Assembly: GCA_951406725.2 (NCBI GenBank)
Contig: OX597831.1
Coordinates: 48,484,001-48,548,000 of the forward strand
DNA length: 64,000 nucleotides
DNA from: Octopus vulgaris
Taxonomy: Eukaryota
Reading direction: 5' to 3'
The notes below the pieces were generated by a model. The model was not told the DNA's origin. It did no database searches and saw only the letters and a list, made by a program, of their open reading frames with translations. The position numbers and the translations under genes are program-made. The first letter of the stretch is position 1, and every line of letters begins with the position of its first letter. This document shows, one piece after another, positions 23,734 through 37,383 of the stretch.

Positions 23734-25931
23734 AACAAAACTTTTTGAAGATAGAATATTTTGCCATGGCCTGACATGTATGAGAAGCTTGCTTCCCAAT
23801 CATATAGTTTCATGTCCAGTTCTACTGTATGGCAACCAAAGCATTGTGAGTGGATTTGGTACACAGAGACTGAAAGAAGCCTGTCATATATGTGTAAATA
23901 TATGTGTGAATGTGTATTAATGTGTTTGTGTGTTCCATTGACATAACATGACATGACAACTTGTTCTGGCAGTTCTGTTTTAATCGAGTGCCTTAAGGAA
24001 AATAAAATATTGACATTTGAAAATTCCCAAGGGTTGTCTCGTGCATGGAGAAAACAATGCAATCATTGAATCACCACTACCCAAGTAATGTTTATTTCTA
24101 GTCTTTCATAACAACAATTATGAATGACTACGGGCAATATCATCTTACTTGAAAAACAGGTGAGGGTTAGTGACAGGAAGTGTATCCCACCATATTACAG
24201 CTGGTTGTTTAACCACAGGTCAACTCTGATCAAGCAGGCCTGTGATCAAAGGTACCCCAACCACAGTCAGACCTTCTTTTCACCCTTTTATTACCATATT
24301 TCTCTTAAGCCTTATTCTGTCAAATGTAATGCTTATTTATTCACATTGATTTGAGTTAATCCTACATTATCTCATAGCTTTGAAACTTCAGTGATGCGAT
24401 TATACATTCTTACAATGACATTCTTAGAAAGGTATGAAAGGCCAGATCTCACCACTTTGAACATAAAACAAGTAGAAAATTTGGGGCCAGATATGGCTGG
24501 TTTAAACCCTAAAGGGTTAAACAACATGCCCTGGTTTTAATTAACTATGAAAATAAAGAAGAAATTAGTAAAAGGATTTTATTGTTGAACTGGTATTTGA
24601 AACTTAGTTTAGCATAAAATTTTGTTAGGTTTTAATTTAAATTATTTTAAAATCGGAAGGTGACTGAGGTTACTGGGGTCTTTTGCGTAGGCTTTTCTTT
24701 CCATGGATAAACCTTATCTGCTTCCCCTTTTACACTTTACATCATGACATTTCTGTGATACACGATTCCTATTGATCGTTTTTTCTTTTCTTTTTTCTTT
24801 TCTTTTTTTTTTTCCTTTCTACGATCCCTTTTGATCAAAAACCTACCCCACTTTTTTTTTCTCCCCAAAAAGAAAAGCTCTACTTTGTAATTTGTCCCAT
24901 CTGTGTCCAGCCCTATGTGGCTGATAAAGAAACATAATAGAAACAAGGAACAGTCTCAGCCAGGTTGGCATCAAAAGGGTTAAGGAACATATTATTTTAT
25001 ATGGTTAGGTGTAATTTGATTACTATTTCTAGGAGATTGGAAAATCACATCAAGGCTTCCTTGTTAGTTCGCCCACAGTATCTATTTACAACTATGTGAG
25101 TTGAACCATAAACAATCATGTTTTCTGATACAACAATGACTCAGCCAGTTACAGTATTTGTGGATATAAAAATAATACAAAAATCTAAACTTAAGCAAGA
25201 CAGGAAATTGGAAAAAAAAAAAAATTCTGGTAACATATTTTTGAGCCAAAATTAATCTTGCCGCATTAGAAAGTTTTCTTCTGACGAAGATTTTCATGAG
25301 TCATGAAAGGAATGTCTGTGGAACACTAGCGAATGAGGAAAGCTCTACATGGTTGTTTGACCTGTTAGAAATAGCATCCAAATCTTGCTCAAATCATGTC
25401 CCTTACTGATATAATGTGGGAAGATAGACTGGATTTACATGGTTCTAGATGTACTCTTTTACTCGTTTACTTGTTTCAGTCATTTGACTGTGGCCATCCT
25501 GGAGCACCACCTTTAATGAATAAAATTTCCACATTGTTGAAATATATTGTGATGAATTTCATGTTTCAAAACATTGCTTACTTTTTATTCAGCTTGATAA
25601 GACAAAGCAATTGCATTATCAAAATTTCAAAGCGATGAAATAATGCATGATTGATTCAAAACAATAACACTGTGAATAACTAAGTATTACAGTTAACAGA
25701 ACAACCAGAACGCTAAAGGGTCAAATGGTTGTCATTCATTTCCAATATTCTGTGAAAAATATGTCTGGCAATGGAGAAAATTTACCTTGCTTGGAAACAG
25801 AGAGGGTTGGTGACAGAATGGGTATCTGGCTATAGAAAAATTACCTCGACAAGTCTGACCCATACAAGCATGGAAAAGTGGATATTAAATGATGGTGATG
25901 GTGGTCGTGGTCGTGGTCGTGGTGGTGGTGG

Positions 25932-25969
<38 letters not shown>

Positions 25970-27168
25970 CAAAAAGCTAGATAGTCACACCTTTGGGATT
26001 GAACAACAACAACAAATATGATGATAATAACCACAATCACATTATGTTTGTTTTGCCATTCTTAGATGGTTTGGATGGATCTTCTTCAGCATAACATTTC
26101 ACTACTTGTTACTAGTTTTTTTTTTTTTTTTTGTCTTTCATGTGGTTCACTATTTACAGATTAGCCTTGCTTCCTTCTTCTTTCCATGCTTTCCTTAGTC
26201 ATTTTTCTCATGTTATCTTCCCTGCCTTTTGGAAAACTTGGTCTGTAGAATATTGACTTGATTTAACTTTTTTGATACCAATCTGCCTGAGGTAGGCTTT
26301 TGGCTTTTATGACACCAGCTTCAAGTTTTAACATGATATACATTAAAATTAGCATCAAAATTTCCTATTAATTTACATTCCAGTCACCAGCTTAATAATG
26401 ACAAAAGTTATTTTATTAAATTCTTTGTTTTCAAAATGAACTGAAACAATGGCTTCGGGTTCGGGTTTGGGTTTGGCTTCGGCTTCAGCATGTTGCCATA
26501 TTTCCTCAGAAATATGATAACAAAAGAGATAAAGAACAAGCAGAAGTTGCATTGGAAAACCAAGAAAATAGAATAGGAGTATCTCATATGTAATATAGTG
26601 AATTAAAGAACTTTGATTAACTGTGATTATCCTTTCTACAGAAGATAAAAGACTTCCTTTAGGGTGTTTAAAAGTCTGAAAATGTCAGCCAAGGGAAATA
26701 ACTCAAGTAATCTCAAACAAGTGAAATTTTTAGAAAATAAAGACGATACAGACAATTTGTTCAGTTAAGTCCTTCGAAGCAGTGCTCCAGCATGTCTCAG
26801 TCCAACAGCTAAAACAAGTGAAAGAATATTCTTCTGTGACTAACTTCGAAGAAAAAAGTGGATTTCATTTTTGAAGTCAGCTTGTGGAATCAAAAGACAT
26901 GTTATGTACTCATAAGATCTCCCCAGAGAAGAATATTCTGTTCAGTTGATAAGACTTAGAAACTTTTGTTATGTGTCTTATGAAAATTTCCTCAGATTAA
27001 ATGATCTTAAGAAAAGAGTCTTTGGAGACTTCAGATTCTGCCGTTGTAATTATAAAATAGTTATTAATTAACACAACTTAGAAATGATTAGATTTTCAAA
27101 TATTTAGAAAAAGATTTATATTCAAATAAATTGAAATATATATTTCATAGGAGTATAGTCTATATACA

Positions 27169-27204
<36 letters not shown>

Positions 27205-27489
27205 TGTATGTATGTATGTATGTATGTATGTATGTATGTATGCATGTATGCATGTATGTATGTATGTATCCCCAAGTTTGTATGATTGTGTATAGAAGAA
27301 TACATTAATCAATGAAATTCCAACTTCATTTGTTGAGAAATACTGTTTTTTTTTTTTTTTGTAATTGTTGCAATTGGAGTAGAAGTGGAAGAAATGGCTT
27401 TAACACTTTCTGGAGAAAGAATTTGGTTGTGGCTGCAAGCTTTTGTATTCTTCGCAAAATAGGATTCCACATCAAAACCATTACCAAAC

Positions 27490-27771
27490 TGAAACTTCAT
27501 CATTGTCATTGACATCATCGTTATCATTATCGTCATCTTCATTGCCGTCATTGTTGACATTGTTGTCATTGTCAACATTGTTGTCGTCATCCTTGTCATC
27601 ATCATCATTATTGCCGTCGTCATCCTCACCATTATCGTCATCATCATCATCATCATTACCATCATCATCATTACCATCATCATCATCATCATCATCATTA
27701 TTGTTGTCATCCTCACCATTATCATCATCGGTATTCATCATCATCATCATCATCATCATCATTACCATCAT

Positions 27772-27803
<32 letters not shown>

Positions 27804-28170
27804 GCAGCATTGTCATTCTCATCCATATCTTCAATGATTTTAATTTTTATTTTGTTTTTCACTTTTCAAATGATAAACAAATTTTTAACTGAATTCAATA
27901 AATGAATGAATTGGATTTTTTTTTTTTTTTTACTTTTCATCCTCATGCCTTTTGACATTATTATCATCTTCCTCCTCCCAGATATCCCCACGACCACCAC
28001 GACCACCACAACCAACACCACGAACACCACCAACACCACCAACACCAATACCACCAACACCAACACCACCACACCACCGCCAACAGCACCACCACCACCA
28101 CCACCATCACTATTGTCATTGTTATTCTCATTATCATCATCCTCTTCAATGTCGTCATCCTCATGATCAT
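27490..28170. repeat. Degenerate trinucleotide (CAT/CAG/CAC) low-complexity region
   Basis: Seen directly; source of the poly-D/S/T/H ORFs. Confidence 0.9.
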
Positions 28171-28467
28171 GAAATGGGGAATTAAAAAAAAAAAAGCGAA
28201 ACGATTTTTATTTTCAATAACCTCTTCAAGTTGGTTGAAATTCAAACAATATTGTGAGTTGACCTCCAACTCTAAAAGTACTCTTCTTCATTAGACAAAG
28301 ACAAGAGTTCTAATACTGCAACAAAATGAATTAAAACATTGGGTTTTTTTCCAAAAAAAATATTAGTTTTAGTATTTCATTTATGAATGTTATAAAGAAC
28401 AAAACAAAACAAAACAACTGTCCTTCTACTTAAGAAATTACAAAATACAGTTGAAAGACTTAGGTAT

Positions 28468-28880
28468 TACTCTTTTACTCTTTTACTTGTTTCAGTCATT
28501 TGACTGCGGCCATGCTGGAGCACCGCCTTTAGTTGAGCAAATCGACCCCGGGACTTATTCTTTGTAAGCCCAGTACTTATTCTATCGGTCTCTTTTTGCC
28601 GAACCGCTAAGTGACGGGGACGTAAACACACCAGCATCGGTTGTCAAGCGATGTTGGGGTGGACAAACACAGACACACAAATACACATACACACACACAT
28701 ATATATATACATATATACGACAGGCTTCTTTCAGTTTCCGTCTACCAAATCCACTCACAAGGCTTTGGTCGGCCCGGGGCTATAGCAGAAGACACTTGCC
28801 CAAGATGCCATGCAGTGGGACTGAACCCGGAACCATGTGGTTGGTTAGCAAGCTACTTACCACACAGCCACTCCTGCGCC
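28468..28880 (-). mobile_element. Full-length family-1 tRNA SINE (octopus OK/OR-like)
   Basis: Minus strand GGCGCAGGAGTGGCTGTGTGGTAAG..GGGTTCAGTCCC (A/B boxes), CTTGGGCAAGT segment, internal (TA/TG)n, (AAAAGAGT)n tail. Confidence 0.9.
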
Positions 28881-29179
28881 TATTTTTAAAAACTGCAGAA
28901 ACTCGATAAACTTATTGAGTTTAAAATCGTCCTTGTTGTTATCGTTTAATGCACACTTTTCCATGCTTACATGAGTCAGGTGGAATTTGTAGAGGTAGAT
29001 TTATTTTTAATAGGCTGGATGCCGTTCCTGTCACCGACCTTCACCTGTTTTCAATCAAAGAAGTATTTTCTCAATGGCCAGTAATGTTTTTATGGAAGAC
29101 TGGAAATGAACAACCTCGCTTGTATGACAATGATGCTCATTTACAAACATCACATGATGTCTAGACAAGCATACATGCA

Positions 29180-29220
<41 letters not shown>

Positions 29221-29421
29221 TCACACACATATCAAAAATGTTACTCCTCCGTAAGATGGTCGATATTAGGAAAGGCATCCAACCATAAAATCCCTGCTAA
29301 AATAGACAGTGAAGCCTGGTGGAGTCTTCTGCCTAGTCACCCCTGTCAAACCATCAAACCCATTGCCAGCATGGAAAATGGCAGTTAAAATGATGCTGCT
29401 GATAATGAAACATATATATAT

Positions 29422-29820
29422 ATTCTTTTACTTGTTTCAGTCACTTGACTGCAGCCATGCTGGAGCACCGCCTTCAGGCAAACAAATCGACCACAGGACT
29501 TATTCTTTGATAGCCTAGTACTTATTCTATCAGTCCCTTTTGCCAAACCGCTAAGTTACAGGGACGTAAACACACCAGCATCGGTTGTCAAGCAATGTTC
29601 GGGGGACAAATACACACACAGACACACACACACACTTATATATATATATATATATACGATGGGCTTCTTTCAGTTTCCATCTACCAAATCCACTCACAAG
29701 GCTTTGGTCGGTTCAAGGCTATAGTAGAAGACACTTGCCCAAGGTGTCACGCAGTGGGACTGAACCTGCAACCATGTGGTTTGTGAGCAAGCTACTTACC
29801 ACACAGCCACTTCTATGCCT
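29422..29820 (-). mobile_element. Family-1 SINE
   Basis: Colinear with 28468-28880. Confidence 0.88.
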
Positions 29821-29821
29821 A

Positions 29822-30420
29822 TGGTCATTTTCTTTTTTTTTCTTTTGCTTGCCAAATAAGCACATGCACTGTATACTCGTTCTTCACTCATTTACCACTG
29901 TTCTTATTTCAACTCATGTCCATTACCTTGAAATCTTTTGTAACACCTCAGTGACCTCTTCAACGACACTTTCTATCCTTGTGTGTGCTCCTGCTCTGTT
30001 TAGTCTACAGAGAATGGCAGCTGTCAGCAGGCAACACATACGAACATGCGTGAGCAAGAGTGGAGACTGCCGAGGCACAAGGTGGGGGTGCAACGATGAG
30101 AGTGATGGCAAGGGCACTCATGTGCAGGTGGATGAGGCAGTGGAGGCACATTGAGAATGGACTAAGCAGAACAGGAGCACACATAAAAATGGAAAGTGTT
30201 GCTGAAGAGGTCACAGATTTGTGACGAAAGATTTTTGGACAATGGACATGAGTTAAAATAAGAACATTAATAAATAAAACTTTGTGTGTTTGATAGAGGG
30301 ATCTGAAAGAAGCCCATCACACATATACATCACTGTATAGACCAAACATTAACAAGTGAAGAACAAATATATAGTGCACGTGTTTATTTGGCAAGCAAAA
30401 AGAGTAAGAAAAGGACTATT
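29822..30420. mobile_element. MITE/fold-back element with ~180-bp TIRs
   Basis: TTTTGCTTGCCAAATAAGCACATGCACT..GTGACCTCTTCAACGACACTTTC..GTGTGCTCCTG pairs with CAGGAGCACAC..GAAAGTGTTGCTGAAGAGGTCAC..AGTGCACGTGTTTATTTGGCAAGCAAAA. Confidence 0.8.
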
Positions 30421-30595
30421 CTGAAATACAATATAATCTCAAATAAATTTTCTTTAAATTTTTTTAAATAAAGTTGCTTTAAAAAAGTTTTTAAAAAATA
30501 ACCCAATAGGATTAGGGGTCAAATCTCAAAGACTTTAGTGGAATTGACAGGGAAATTTGCTCCAATATCCTATCAGATATCCTATATATATATAT

Positions 30596-30859
30596 AAATT
30601 AATTGTTATCGTCATATTAATATGGCAGTCTTATAGATATAAGACTAAAGCTGTCACTGATTAGCTCCATGAGGCCATCGCCTTAAGCTAGCTATTTGAC
30701 ACACAAACTGTGTCCATTATAACATTATAACATTATAATGGACACAGTTTGTGTGTCAAATAGCTAGCTTAAAGCGATGGCCTCATGGAGCTAATCAGCG
30801 ACAGCTTTAGTCTTATATCTATAAGACTGCCATATTAATATGGCAATAACAATTAATTT
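30596..30859. repeat. 127-bp-arm near-perfect palindrome within a (TA)n-flanked insert
   Basis: 30596-30722 versus 30733-30859, four mismatches counted by eye; (CATTATAA)x3 at the centre. Confidence 0.95.
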
Positions 30860-30912
30860 CCAGTAACGCTGCCGTAATCTCTTTTAGAGAGACTTAGTAA
30901 TTTTAATATTTC

Positions 30913-30953
<41 letters not shown>

Positions 30954-32096
30954 CATATATATATATATTATATATATATAATTAATATATATATAAAATT
31001 AAAATAGATGTAAGCATTTTATAAAACCATATAAAATGTGAAGTAAATTAACACAAATTTATTAATATATAAAGGTAATAAATAATAATGTTTACAGTAA
31101 AACTGGTGGTGGTGTTGGCAGTGGTGCTGGTGGTGGCTCAGGTGATGGTGGTGGCAGCAGTGTTGTTGTTGCTAGTGATTTTGGTGAATGTATTTCCCAA
31201 CAATAATGGTGGAAAAAAAAAAAGCTGCTCTTGTTTGGTTCAGTCTGCCCCAAGGAATTAAATTATGAAAAACAAAAATGGTCGATTATATTCAAAAATC
31301 TATTCCTACTTCACAAATGTAGTTCAATATGTTTTTATTTTGTCTGCAACAAAACAATTATTGAATTCACTTATTAGTTTCTCTTGGCATTTACAATTCC
31401 AAATATTTGTTAGATTTTTTTTTTCTCTATCTCAAAAGAGCAATCTGTTGATTGGTTTCATCTGTTATGTATGTAAATCTCTCTAAGATGTAACATTTGC
31501 CAAGGAAATTACAGCATTGTTCCATGAGAATCAATGGTTTGATATAACATTTTGAGTTTATCTAAAAAAAATTATGGAAGTCTGTTGTAACACCACCACA
31601 GCAATTCAATTTTAGCAATTTACTCAAGCTAAAGAAGAAAAAAATTAGGGTTACTTTCAAATATGGTCTCTTCTTTTAAGTTTCTTTGCTTCAGAGGTTT
31701 AATGAAATGAATCTCTGCTCTCTTCTCATCCTAACTTAGAACTATCTTATGCAACTTTACATTACTACTGGGGATTTTTTAAGTATTTAATTAGGTGTTG
31801 AACATTGCCAAGCACAGCTATCTGAAAATATTCAGATGAATCAATGTTTTGGACTCTCTGATCACTGATTTGGAACTAAAATCATTTGATGTACTGTTTA
31901 TTACTATCTCACCACTGGAAAAGTGAAAAACAGCCAAAATAATTTATCATTCAAATTGGGTATGTTTTAACCAATTTTTTGTCAACTTTCCATCAATTAA
32001 CTGACTTTTCAACCATTACTAACGAATCAGTACATCTGAGACCATAAGCTCTTTTGCTCATACTAGATCACTTTCCTTCATTGTTGCACTACAAGG

Positions 32097-32156
32097 GATA
32101 TCTAGAGGCACTGCAAGAATATCTAGACGCACTGCAAGAATATCTAGACGCACTTC
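32097..32156. repeat. 21-bp tandem repeat, ~3 copies
   Basis: ATATCTAGA(G/C)GCACTGCAAGA repeated. Confidence 0.9.
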
Positions 32157-32809
32157 AGATATTAATAAAAAAAAATAACACTCACGACTCACTAAAATGA
32201 CCTGCAGGTGACAGCACATTTCTCCTAACTCATTGATTATTTCCTTTCTTTTATCTGAAAAGGGTAATTTTTCCTGAAGTATTATAGGTTATTAAACAAC
32301 CTATATAAGGTAATATAATAATAGTAATACAATGCCCTTTCTCTTTCCTTTTCATTTTGTGACATCACTTACCTATTTCATCTATTTTCTCACCTGTATT
32401 GCCTAAAGGGTTTTTTTTTTTCAAACATTTATTTAGGAATATAATATATAGCTTTAGAAAGTCTATACTAAATTTTGAGCATCTTGAGAAATATGCTAAT
32501 CATAATTTTGCTACACTCATCTAATTAATGAAATAAGGTCAGCAATGATTTTTAAATTTTTTTCTAGATATTTAACTTTTTAAAAATTTATCATATAAAA
32601 TACATCAGAGTCTTTTCTTTTTGTTTCATCTCCAAAAAGATTGAGAATGACTGATCTAGACTTTTTTTAATGGCCTCCCCACTAATTTCAGTGATAAGTG
32701 TCTCATTGTTTGATCAACTCAATAAACTAATTAACAAGTAAAGTGGTTGAGTAATCCACAGACACATGTACAATAACCATGACTGAAGAGAAATTGTCAG
32801 GAACTATTA

Positions 32810-33025
32810 TTTTCAAATTTTAGCACAAAGCCAGCAATTTTAGGGGAGGAGTAATTCAATGTAATCAACCCCCAGCACTCAACTGGTACTTATTTTATCA
32901 AGCCCTGAAAAGATGAAAAGCAAAGTCAACCTTGGTGGAATTTGAACTCAGACATAACAAGCTGGAAGAAATACAACTATGCATTTTGCTCAGTTCATTA
33001 ATGGTTCAGCCAACTTGCTGTCTTA
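32810..33025 (-). mobile_element. Family-3 (Nin-like) SINE
   Basis: CAACTGGTACTTATTTTATC..GATGAAAAGCAAAGTCAACC..GAATTTGAACTCAG. Confidence 0.8.
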
Positions 33026-33053
33026 TTGCAAGGAAACATTACTAATATATATA

Positions 33054-33455
33054 TTCTCTTTTACTCTTTTACTTGTTTCAGTCATTTGACTGCGGCCATG
33101 CTGGAGCACTGCTTTTAGTCAAGCAAATCGACCCCAAGACTTATTCTTTGGAAGCCTAGTACTTATTCTATCAGTCATTTTGCCGAACTGCTAAGTTATG
33201 GGGATGTAAACACACCAGCATCGGTTGTCAAGCGATGTTGAGGGGACAAACCCAGACAGATAAACACACACACATATATATATACATATATACGACAGGC
33301 TTCTTTCAGCTTCCGTCTACCAAATCCACTCACAAGGCTTTGGTCAGCCCGAAGCTATAGTAGAAGACACTTACCCAAGGTGCCACGCAGTGGGACTGAA
33401 CCCGGAACCATGTGGTTGGTAAGCAAGCTACTTACCACACAGCCACTCCTGCGCC
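33054..33455 (-). mobile_element. Full-length family-1 SINE
   Basis: Colinear with 28468-28880. Confidence 0.9.
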
Positions 33456-34867
33456 TGGTTTTATTCTAAAATATTTATGAATAAAGACATGGGCAAGTGA
33501 CAACATACAAAAAGTTATTGAATCAGTTAACAGTCAGTTACATTAGGAGGAGGTATCCATCCGTATCCATCCATATCAATCTCAGATGTTTTAAATTTTA
33601 CTGATTGCTAAGGGCAAATGCCTTCACCCAGTTTTATCTGGCCTACAAAGCAATTCAGTATGATATAGTGTGAGACAAGGCTGGACCTTTTGGTTGCAGA
33701 TGCAATCCATCTAATAGGCTTCCCCAAAGTTTCCATCTATCATTCAGATTACTCTGTCAAATGTAACGCTTATTTATTCACATTGTTTTGAATTTATCGT
33801 GCATTATCTTGTCACTTTGAGATTTCAATGATGTGGTTGTTTATTTTTAGAATGACATTGTAGGGTCCTGATCTGGTCAGTTTGATCATAAAACAGGTAG
33901 ACTATTCAGGCCTGATATGGTCAGTTTGAATACTAAAGGGTTAAGTAAAATAAGCATGAACTTGGGGCATCAAGAGAAAGAGGGGCAACACAGAAATTGT
34001 AAATGGTTTACAACACAAAAGAAATCACTTTAAACTCACTAAAATAATATTCAAAGTGGTTTATATGACTGGAAATATAATTTTGAAGTGTTCATGGTGC
34101 CATTTTAAGGATATGATCAAAGACATTGTAATTTTAAAAAAGTAGGAGAAAATTTTCAAATATAAATAAAGTGGAAGTATACAAAAATAAACATTATTTT
34201 TTATTTTACTGTTATTTTTGTTTCATATAGTCTATTATTGTTTATAATTTGAAATACATATATACGGGAACACCAGAATCCTCTAAGTGCTTAGGGCTTC
34301 TATGGGTCTTAATCCAGCTCTGAATTAAATATAACAACAACATCTCATTAAGCCAGTGATGGAGTTTCTACATGGACACTTGACCAGCTAGAAAGAGCAG
34401 AAAAAATTTGTCTTAAACTATGCCCTGCTGTCTTAAAAGAGAAGTAATGGACACATTAAACAATATACAAAATGGTGAGATGGTCATAAATGGAATGCCT
34501 TTGATCATGGATCTACTCAATCAAGAAGTTGAGGTATAGATGATGGGTTGACTCCAGGAGAACAGGTATACTTACTGTGACTGTTGCACCCCAAAGGAGC
34601 CCAGGTTATTATGTAGGGTCTTATTGATTGGATGAAGTTGTTGTTATGGCTGGGTTGTTCTCATTGTGTCAATCCATTTTGGTAAGTTGGAAAATAACAG
34701 GAATGAGAATAAATATAGTCTCTTATTTCGATCAACATCGGTGGTGTGACAAAAATCAGTGAAAGGCAGGGTAACCTGTCTCATAGTTTACTTCCTATAA
34801 CAATCTTCTGCTATCCTTCTAACATCCACAGATTGCTAATTATTTAATCATCATGGAAAAGAAGGAC

Positions 34868-34958
<91 letters not shown>

Positions 34959-34965
34959 AAAAAGA
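34868..34965. repeat. (GAAA)n microsatellite
   Basis: Seen directly. Confidence 0.95.
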
Positions 34966-35294
34966 GAGGAAGAAAGGATGAGAGATAGGAACCCAAGATG
35001 AAGTGAAATCAAAAATGGGGGAAAAATAGTGATGCATAAAGGAAAATAAATTTTGCATAATTCTTGATATTTTTCGAAGAAATTTGGAATTCTTTGAATT
35101 TTTCCATGAGTAAATGTTTCTGTTTGGTTTCATATTCTAAACAGACATAGAATCAATTCTCTGAAATTACTGAGTTTGTGCCCTTCAGCAGCATTATTTA
35201 CAGAAGACATACTTTTGGAAATAAATATGAAAAGACTATTCAACAGGCATGCAAAACTTAACTTCCTAAACACACTTATAATTAATTAGTAAGT

Positions 35295-35598
35295 GGGGAT
35301 GATGAAAATGATGATGGTGATAGTCGTGGTTGTAGTGGTTGTGGTTGTGATAGTGGTGGTGATGATGATGGTGGTGGTGGTGGTAATTTTGGTAGCAGTG
35401 GTGGTGATGAAGATGATGCTGTTGTTGTTGTTCATGGTGGTGGTGGTGGTGTTGTCGGTAGTAGTGGTGACAGTGGTGGTGGTGACGGTGGTGGTGGTGA
35501 CGGTGGTGGTAGTGACGGTGGTGGTGGTGACGGTGGTGATGGTGACGGTGGTGGTGGTAATTTTGGTAGCAGTGGTGGTGATGAAGATGGTGCTGTTG

Positions 35599-35630
<32 letters not shown>

Positions 35631-36099
35631 AATTTTGGTAGCAGTGGTGGTGATGAAGATGATGCTGTTGTTGTTGTTGGTTCTGTTGTTCTTGGCGATA
35701 GTGGTGGTGGTGGTGGTGGTGGTGGTGGTGGTGGCGGCGGTGGCGGGTAGTGGTGGTGGTGGTGGCGGCGGTGGCGGGTAGTGGTGGTGGTAGTGGTGGT
35801 GAGTGATGGAAGTAGTGGGTGATGATGGGGATAGTGATAACGCTAAAGCTGCAGATGATGATGATGACTATGGGGAAGATCCACCATTCCATTTCCTGGA
35901 TTTTTCTTTCTTTCCCATTTCCCTGGAACCATGCAAACTGAATCCAAAGAAATACTCTCAACATATAAAATCTTCTTTAATAAAGAAGTTTTCGATTTTT
36001 TGGTTTCTTTTTTTGACTGAAGCTCTTTTAAGAGTTGGCTTATATTATATATAGGCATTTTTGTTTGCAATAATGTGAATGAATAGTAATAGTAATAAT

Positions 36100-36145
<46 letters not shown>

Positions 36146-36370
36146 GTCATCATCGTCATCATCTTTATCATTATTGCCATCATCACTGTTATCATTATCG
36201 TCATTATCATTATCTCCTTCATCATCATCATCATCATCATCTTCATCACCATAATCATTATCATCATTATCATCACCATCATCATTGCCATTATCACCAC
36301 TATCATTATCATCATCGTCGTCTTCATCATCAGCAGCAGCAGTGGCATCAAGCACATCTCATCATAATCA
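35295..36370. repeat. Trinucleotide low-complexity blocks (GGT/GAT/GTT, then CAT) with a triplicated higher-order unit
   Basis: GGTAATTTTGGTAGCAGTGGTGGTGATGAAGATG occurs three times (~35382, 35556, 35628). Confidence 0.9.
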
Positions 36371-36559
36371 TTCCTTGTTCTTCACTACCTCATACAGTGG
36401 GAGAACATGTTAATTGACAAATGTTTCATTCAATCCATTAACCCTGAACTGAAATCTCACAACATCTTTAGCTTGGCGACAAAAAACCTCCATCATGCTT
36501 ACACTTGGTAAATACACACACACACACACACACACATATGTATATATAAGTATTTGTAT

Positions 36560-37135
36560 TGTTGCCATAGTAACGAAGCTAAAGCACACAGAGTAAAGTC
36601 ACTTGGTATAAATTTACCTTGAACTCTGCAGTGCATGTACACCATGCTTTAACGTTCTAGTTTACGGCAATGCTTGGAAGAAAGGTGTGTAGTGTATGAT
36701 CATTGCATTGACCATGACAGAGAAAGTTGAGCAGAGAATCTGCATCAAATTTTGCCAAAAGCTTGACAATACCTGCTCAGAGGCCTATGCAAAGTTTTCA
36801 TCATTCTCAGCACAATCAAAGAGATCTTGTGCAACTGAAATCTGAGTGTATTTTTGCTCAGCTGAAAGTAGTTTTGGCACAAACTTGGCAGACATGCACC
36901 TCATATCCAAATCTTCAGTGATAATGGACTGAACTGAACCGTAACTAATCTGCACAGCCTCTGACAACTCACAGATGGTGATTCGATGATTTACCCTCAC
37001 AGCTGCACATACATCTGCGATGTTTTTCTCAGTTCTGTCGGTTGCTGGTCTCCTAGAACGTTCGTCATTATCGACATCTTGTACCATTGAAGAGGACAGC
37101 TGCCCTACTGATGTGAATATCTCTTTGAAAATCAA
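36560..37135. mobile_element. Rearranged mariner transposase pseudogene (internal inversion)
   Basis: Plus strand from ATG 36714: MTEKVEQRICIKFCQKL..SEAYAK; minus strand 37135-36797: DNDERSRRPAT..RITICELSEAVQISYGSVQSIITEDLDMRCMSAKFVPKLLS. Confidence 0.88.
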
Positions 37136-37383
37136 AGAATAAGAGGTTAACTATGAATAGTTGCTTAGAAACCTCCAGTTTCTATATTCAGATTATAAAT
37201 TTGCATATATAGGCGAAGGAGTGGCTGTGTGGTAAGTAGCTTGCTTACCAACCACATGGTTCCAGGTCAAATGACTGAAACAAGTAAAAGAGTAAAAAGA
37301 GTAATCACTATTAAAGTATGCTGCATTTTAAAGTTGTTCCCCACCCCATAAATGACTGTTGGTGTATAATGTTATACCACACA

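Noticed and set aside
35266-35964. 232-aa His/Gln-rich ORF as a structural protein
   Set aside because: Built from trinucleotide slippage; open in several frames; no supporting gene structure
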